A stretch of 45,525 nucleotides of DNA from a virus (taxonomy: Duplodnaviria; Caudoviricetes): positions 1 to 45,525 of the IMG/VR virus record IMGVR_UViG_3300017700_000628; one strand, written 5' to 3'. Positions 41,325 through 45,525 of the stretch are shown one piece after another. The notes under the pieces were generated by a model that saw nothing but the letters and a program-made list of their open reading frames with translations, was not told the origin of the DNA and made no database searches. The number at the start of each line of letters is the position of its first letter. The stretch's first letter is position 1. The position numbers and the translations under genes were made by a program.

Positions 41325-42842
41325 ATGGCTCGCATCATTGACACCGCCGACGTAGACTTCGCATCGATCCCGAATGCCGACGACCAGCACTGGGTTTACA
41401 ACGGGCTAGATTGCTGCGTCACGCGGGAAATCTTCGACAGCCTTCGCCCCCAGCTTGACGCCACGGCCGCGCAGGTCTACGACCTCTCGCGCGCCTTGCA
41501 AGCCCCGGTGCTGGAAATGTCGATGCGCGGCATAGCCGTTAACAAAGCCCGCCGCATCAAAACCCTCCAGGACATGAGGCGGAAGCTTTCTCTCTTGGAA
41601 GAAAACCTCACCGAAATCATCCGGGACGGTATAGGGATTGACCTTAACTGGCGGTCCCCCGCACAGCTCAACGAGCTATTCTACGACATCATGGGCCTGC
41701 CAGTTCAGAAAAAGAGGAACACAAATGGCGCTTACACTCGAACAAGTGATCGCACCGCTGTCGAAAATCTCAGTCAATATTATATTGCAGAACCCATCTG
41801 CAACCATCTCCTTGCCCTCCGCGACCTCGGAAAGTCGATCGGGTTCCTTGAGACCGGTGTTGATCCAGATGGACGAATGCGGTCAAGTTTCAATATCGCT
41901 GGAACTAACACCTTCCGATTTGCGTCCAGCGCTTCTGACTTCGGCACCGGGACAAACCTACAGAATGTTAACGGAGCTTTACGTTCAGTTTTCGTTGCCG
42001 ACCGGGGGATGAAATTTGCCAACCTCGATCTCGAACAGGCCGACTCGCGGAACGTAGGTGCCGCCTGTTGGAATGCGTTCGTTGAGTCGAGGGGCGAAGC
42101 TTACGCCGGATCGTATCTTGACGCCTGTGAGATTGGCGACCTGCATACGTTCGTTTGCAAGATGGCTAACCCAGGACTTCCGTGGGGCGAGTCGCCGGAT
42201 AAGGTCGTGGCCAAGACAATAGCTTACCGTGACAAAACCTATCGCGACCTGTCAAAAGGGCTCGGCCACGGATCGAACTACCTCGGCACCCCGCCCACAA
42301 TGGCGAAGCAGTCGAAAATCCCGGTCAAGATGGCGGCTGAATTTCAGAAGAAATACTTCGAGACTTTCCCTGTCATTCCCGCATGGCACCAGCTTTCGTT
42401 CGACCAACTCGCGGCGAACAGCATGTTGCACAACGTCTTCGGGTTCCGCCGGTACTTTTGGGACAGGCCGACCGCATCTAACACTCGCCGCGAAGCCATC
42501 GCCTTCATCGGCCAGTCCTCCACCGCTACTCAAATGAACAAAGGTCTCTTAAAACTCTGGCAAGGTCATCGCGTCCAACTTCTCATTCAGGTCCACGACT
42601 CAATCCTCTTTCAATATCCAGAACGCCTCGAAGATGAAATAGTGCCGTGGGCACTCGAAACTCTCCGTGTCCCGCTGCAGCTTGCGCGTGGCCGTGACTT
42701 CGTAGTACCCACAGAAGCAATGACCGGATGGAACTGGGGGTATCACAGTGACGACAATCCCGATGGGCTCAAAAAGTGGGCCGGGGGCGACAGCCGCAAG
42801 CGCCAAGAACTCACGTCCGCCCTATCCATTCTCCAGTTTTAG
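41325..42842 (+). CDS. polA: Family A DNA polymerase (ExoIII plus polymerase domain)
   Basis: YNGLD, NWRSPAQL, GTNLQN, motif A DLEQADSR, motif B RDLSKGLGHGSNY, motif C QVHDS. Confidence 0.92.
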   Translation: MARIIDTADVDFASIPNADDQHWVYNGLDCCVTREIFDSLRPQLDATAAQVYDLSRALQAPVLEMSMRGIAVNKARRIKTLQDMRRKLSLLEENLTEIIRDGIGIDLNWRSPAQLNELFYDIMGLPVQKKRNTNGAYTRTSDRTAVENLSQYYIAEPICNHLLALRDLGKSIGFLETGVDPDGRMRSSFNIAGTNTFRFASSASDFGTGTNLQNVNGALRSVFVADRGMKFANLDLEQADSRNVGAACWNAFVESRGEAYAGSYLDACEIGDLHTFVCKMANPGLPWGESPDKVVAKTIAYRDKTYRDLSKGLGHGSNYLGTPPTMAKQSKIPVKMAAEFQKKYFETFPVIPAWHQLSFDQLAANSMLHNVFGFRRYFWDRPTASNTRREAIAFIGQSSTATQMNKGLLKLWQGHRVQLLIQVHDSILFQYPERLEDEIVPWALETLRVPLQLARGRDFVVPTEAMTGWNWGYHSDDNPDGLKKWAGGDSRKRQELTSALSILQF

Positions 42843-42853
42843 CGTGCGGAAAA

Positions 42854-44062
42854 GTGCGTAAGCTTTCCAACTGGATCGATGGCTTTGTGCAATATACTGA
42901 AGGAAAAGGCAGCCCGCTTATCTGGCGTAAGTGGGCGGCCATCTTCACTATAGCCGCCGCCATCGAACGTAAGCAGTGGCTCGTCACAGCGAAGGGCCGC
43001 CTGTTCCCTAACATGTACGCAGTCATGGTTGGTAACGCCGGGACAGGTAAGTCCCTGGCAACCAACCTTGTCTACGACCTTTTACGCACGCTGGAGGAAA
43101 AGAAGGAACTTCACCTCGCCCCCTCGTCAGTCACCAAGGCGTCTTTGATCGACAAGCTGGCAGAGTCAAACCGCAAGATCGTAAACCTCACGATCACGCC
43201 CCCGATCGTTTCATTCAACTCCCTTGCCGTTGTGCCGAATGAGCTTGGCGTTTTCCTCCCGGCCTACGACAGCGAGTTCATGAACGTCCTCACCGACCTC
43301 TGGGACTGCAAGCAATACTCCGAGACCCGGCGGACGCACAAAATTAGCATCGACATTCCGGCCACGCAGCTGAACATATTTTCCGCTACCACCCCGGCAT
43401 ACCTGAACAACTTCCTCCCCGAAGGCGCCTGGGAGCATGGCTTCATGGCCCGAGTCATCTTGATCTATTCCGGGGCCGCAGAGTACACGGATATGTTCGC
43501 CGAGTTCAATAACGACGAAGAGCTTTACAAGCGCCTTGTCGAAGACCTCGCCTCGATCAACAAACAGTACGGGGAGTTCAAAGTTGACGAAGATGTAAAG
43601 GAGGCTTTGAACGCTTGGGCGCGGACTGGCGGCGAGCCCGCTCCATCTCACCCGAAGATGACCCACTACACCACGCGGCGGGCAGCCCACTTGCTGAAAC
43701 TTTGCATGGTAAGTTGCGTAGCCGCTGGCGAGGGCATGACAATCAGCTTGGAAAATTACGCCGAGGCAATGGACTGGCTGACCGAAGCTGAAAAAGTAAT
43801 GCCCGATATTTTCAAGGCGATGAAGTCAGGCGGCGACGGCCGGACGATCGAAGAGTGCTACCACTTCATCTACGAAATGCATATGAAAAAGCGCCAGCCA
43901 GTGCAGGAACACCGTGTGTACCATTTCCTGCAAGAGCGGACGCCTTCACATAACGTAGGGCGGATTATCGAAGTCATGGAGCGTGCCCGTCTCATAAAGA
44001 AGCAACACACTGACACCGGGATAGGATACGTCCCGATGATAAAGAACTCAGATCACACCTAG
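42854..44062 (+). CDS. DUF3987/YfjI-like AAA+ ATPase, probable replicative helicase
   Basis: PNMYAVMVGNAGTGKS (Walker A), VVPNELG, LTDLWD, ATTP, GFMAR. Directly follows polA, with a GTG start at 42854. Confidence 0.75.
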   Translation: MRKLSNWIDGFVQYTEGKGSPLIWRKWAAIFTIAAAIERKQWLVTAKGRLFPNMYAVMVGNAGTGKSLATNLVYDLLRTLEEKKELHLAPSSVTKASLIDKLAESNRKIVNLTITPPIVSFNSLAVVPNELGVFLPAYDSEFMNVLTDLWDCKQYSETRRTHKISIDIPATQLNIFSATTPAYLNNFLPEGAWEHGFMARVILIYSGAAEYTDMFAEFNNDEELYKRLVEDLASINKQYGEFKVDEDVKEALNAWARTGGEPAPSHPKMTHYTTRRAAHLLKLCMVSCVAAGEGMTISLENYAEAMDWLTEAEKVMPDIFKAMKSGGDGRTIEECYHFIYEMHMKKRQPVQEHRVYHFLQERTPSHNVGRIIEVMERARLIKKQHTDTGIGYVPMIKNSDHT

Positions 44063-44364
44063 AAGTTGCGGATCGCAGCGGTGGCTTCGCTGATTACCTT
44101 GTTACTCGGCGAGGCATTCGCGGTTTTGGCGTCCGTAACAATCGCCTCGACCGCGGGAATTTCCGCAGCCTTCGCGATGTTTGCCTTGTACGTATTCGTG
44201 TACAAGCTCCAGGCGATCGGCGCCGCAGCCATCACGACGCCTGTAATCATGAGCCCGGTGTCTTCGCTCATGTACCCTTTGCCGATCGCCCAGCCAATCA
44301 CCAAGGTAAGCATGGCCTTCAGCGAGCTGATGATCTGTTCCTTGTTAAGCATATCCAACCTCAC
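44059..44364 (-). CDS. Holin-like membrane protein
   Basis: Two TM segments, last gene of the lysis cassette. Alternative start at 44352. Confidence 0.65.
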   Translation of the reverse strand: MRLDMLNKEQIISSLKAMLTLVIGWAIGKGYMSEDTGLMITGVVMAAAPIAWSLYTNTYKANIAKAAEIPAVEAIVTDAKTANASPSNKVISEATAAIRNF

Positions 44365-44645
44365 TTATGTTCGCCGGCAGCTGCTTTTTCAGCATACCGA
44401 TCAAGTTTCGCTTCAATCCGGTTCAGCTGCCCACGAACATCGCCGATCGTGGACTCAAGCACGGCAAGCCGCTCGCCCGCCCGTTGCAGTTCGAGCGTGG
44501 TGATCTTCTGCCCCTGAGCGACAAGGACGGAATTTTGGTCGCTTAGCCACCAAACCCCCCAAGCAGTCTGCAGCACGATAGTTACGATCAACGCCAGCGG
44601 CACGCGCTTATCCACAGTCCAATGTCTTTCTGCCTGGCCTTCCAT
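44361..44645 (-). CDS. Single-TM coiled-coil lysis-cassette protein
   Basis: HWTVDKRVPLALIVTIVLQ...WW followed by a coiled coil ending RIEAKLDR. Confidence 0.6.
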   Translation of the reverse strand: MEGQAERHWTVDKRVPLALIVTIVLQTAWGVWWLSDQNSVLVAQGQKITTLELQRAGERLAVLESTIGDVRGQLNRIEAKLDRYAEKAAAGEHK

Positions 44646-44646
44646 T

Positions 44647-45054
44647 TCAAGCAAGCTCATAATGTGGCGAGTCGCTTTCTTTACGCTCGCGGAGGACACC
44701 GTCCCGATCCCAGTCCATGCCGGAACGGATCGGAATGTTCAGCTCAAACGACGCCCGGATCATCGCGTCGTAGATCGCGTCGAACTTGCTCGGCGTGTTC
44801 CAGTCGAGCGGATACGGCACGAGGTCCACGGCCTCTCCGTCGATGTGCTTGGACTTCAGCGTCCAAGTGACGATCGGGCCAAGACGAGTCCGGCCCTGGG
44901 CGTACAGCCACTTCTGCCGCGACAGCGTGCGGACGCCTTCAAGGACGGAAAAATCCTGTTCCGTTAGCTCGATCGCCCGTTCGACCACTTTGACCAGCCG
45001 AGGGTTTACCCCCTTCAGCTTTTTTCGCGAAGCTTCACCTAAAGAATATGCCAT
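44647..45054 (-). CDS. Endolysin, M15 family L-Ala-D-Glu peptidase
   Basis: EGVRT..RQ..LYAQGRT, SKHIDGEAVD and DSPHYEL zinc-peptidase motifs. Confidence 0.92.
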   Translation of the reverse strand: MAYSLGEASRKKLKGVNPRLVKVVERAIELTEQDFSVLEGVRTLSRQKWLYAQGRTRLGPIVTWTLKSKHIDGEAVDLVPYPLDWNTPSKFDAIYDAMIRASFELNIPIRSGMDWDRDGVLRERKESDSPHYELA

Positions 45055-45063
45055 GTTTCCCTC

Positions 45064-45510
45064 TCAACCAACAACGATAAGTTCGACGCAGTACGCGACT
45101 AGGGTGATCGTCTCGCCTGTGTTGGCGAGCGTCCCTTGAATGGTAATGTCCTGGGCCACGGCCGTGTTAATCGCAGCCGTCATGTTGGCCGTTGACGTGA
45201 CCGAGGCTCGCGTGGTGATCGGGGCGCCCGAAGCTACCTGTGCGGCCACGGCCGTATTGTAGATCATCGTCTTGGTTTCGAGCGTAGCCGAAGTCGTAAC
45301 CGTGCCCTCGTCCATCGACGTACCGCCAAAGCGAACTCGAAGCGTCTTCGTGTTTGCTGAGTTCGTGTACGCCCAAAGGCACGTTATCCTCAGTGCCCCG
45401 CCCGCAAGCATACAACCTGCCGGCACCGTGATCGTGGCCAGCGTAGTCTCGACCAACGTGCCGGTGACTGACGCCGCAGTACCGGACTGAGCTAGCGCAC
45501 GGACGGGCAT
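45064..45510 (-). CDS. Thr/Ala-rich beta-strand protein, possibly virion-associated, 148 aa
   Basis: Its start lies in the terminal repeat (position 108), with a GAGGAG RBS, between the tailspike region and the endolysin. Confidence 0.65.
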   Translation of the reverse strand: MPVRALAQSGTAASVTGTLVETTLATITVPAGCMLAGGALRITCLWAYTNSANTKTLRVRFGGTSMDEGTVTTSATLETKTMIYNTAVAAQVASGAPITTRASVTSTANMTAAINTAVAQDITIQGTLANTGETITLVAYCVELIVVG

Positions 45511-45525
45511 GTCACTCCTCCTCTA
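45403..45525. repeat. Terminal direct repeat, copy 2
   Basis: Identical to 1-123. Confidence 0.95.

Overview
The window looks like a complete, circularly permuted genome of a short-tailed (podovirus-type) dsDNA phage of about 45.4 kb. Positions 1-123 are repeated exactly at 45403-45525, which is most likely an assembly overlap. The genome has two divergently transcribed arms. The minus-strand arm (22623 down to 1, continuing from 45510 to 44059) carries packaging, head, tail, ejection, receptor-binding and lysis genes in a BPP-1/epsilon15-like order. The plus-strand arm (about 22990-44062) carries about 40 small early genes, then a UvrD-like helicase, a HIRAN protein, an HNH nuclease, a Cas4-like exonuclease, a Sak4-like ATPase, an SSB-like protein, a ParB-methyltransferase fusion, a split UDG/exonuclease plus family A polymerase, and a DUF3987-like AAA+ helicase. 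I recognised no integrase, RNA polymerase, primase, tRNA, CRISPR array or reverse transcriptase. The most striking unexplained signals are: (1) a hairpin at 35075-35113 whose loop is the exact reverse complement of a ribosome-binding leader shared by several early genes, a candidate phage anti-Shine-Dalgarno sRNA switch; (2) a non-coding element with 107-bp ungapped imperfect inverted arms around a T-rich core (24311-24665); (3) a 30-35 bp quasi-palindromic site in four intergenic regions; (4) a C-terminal [LV]K[IV]SL motif shared by unrelated non-structural proteins; (5) a proofreading exonuclease split by an in-frame TAA-ATG. All functional calls come from motif recognition by eye; no database searches were run.
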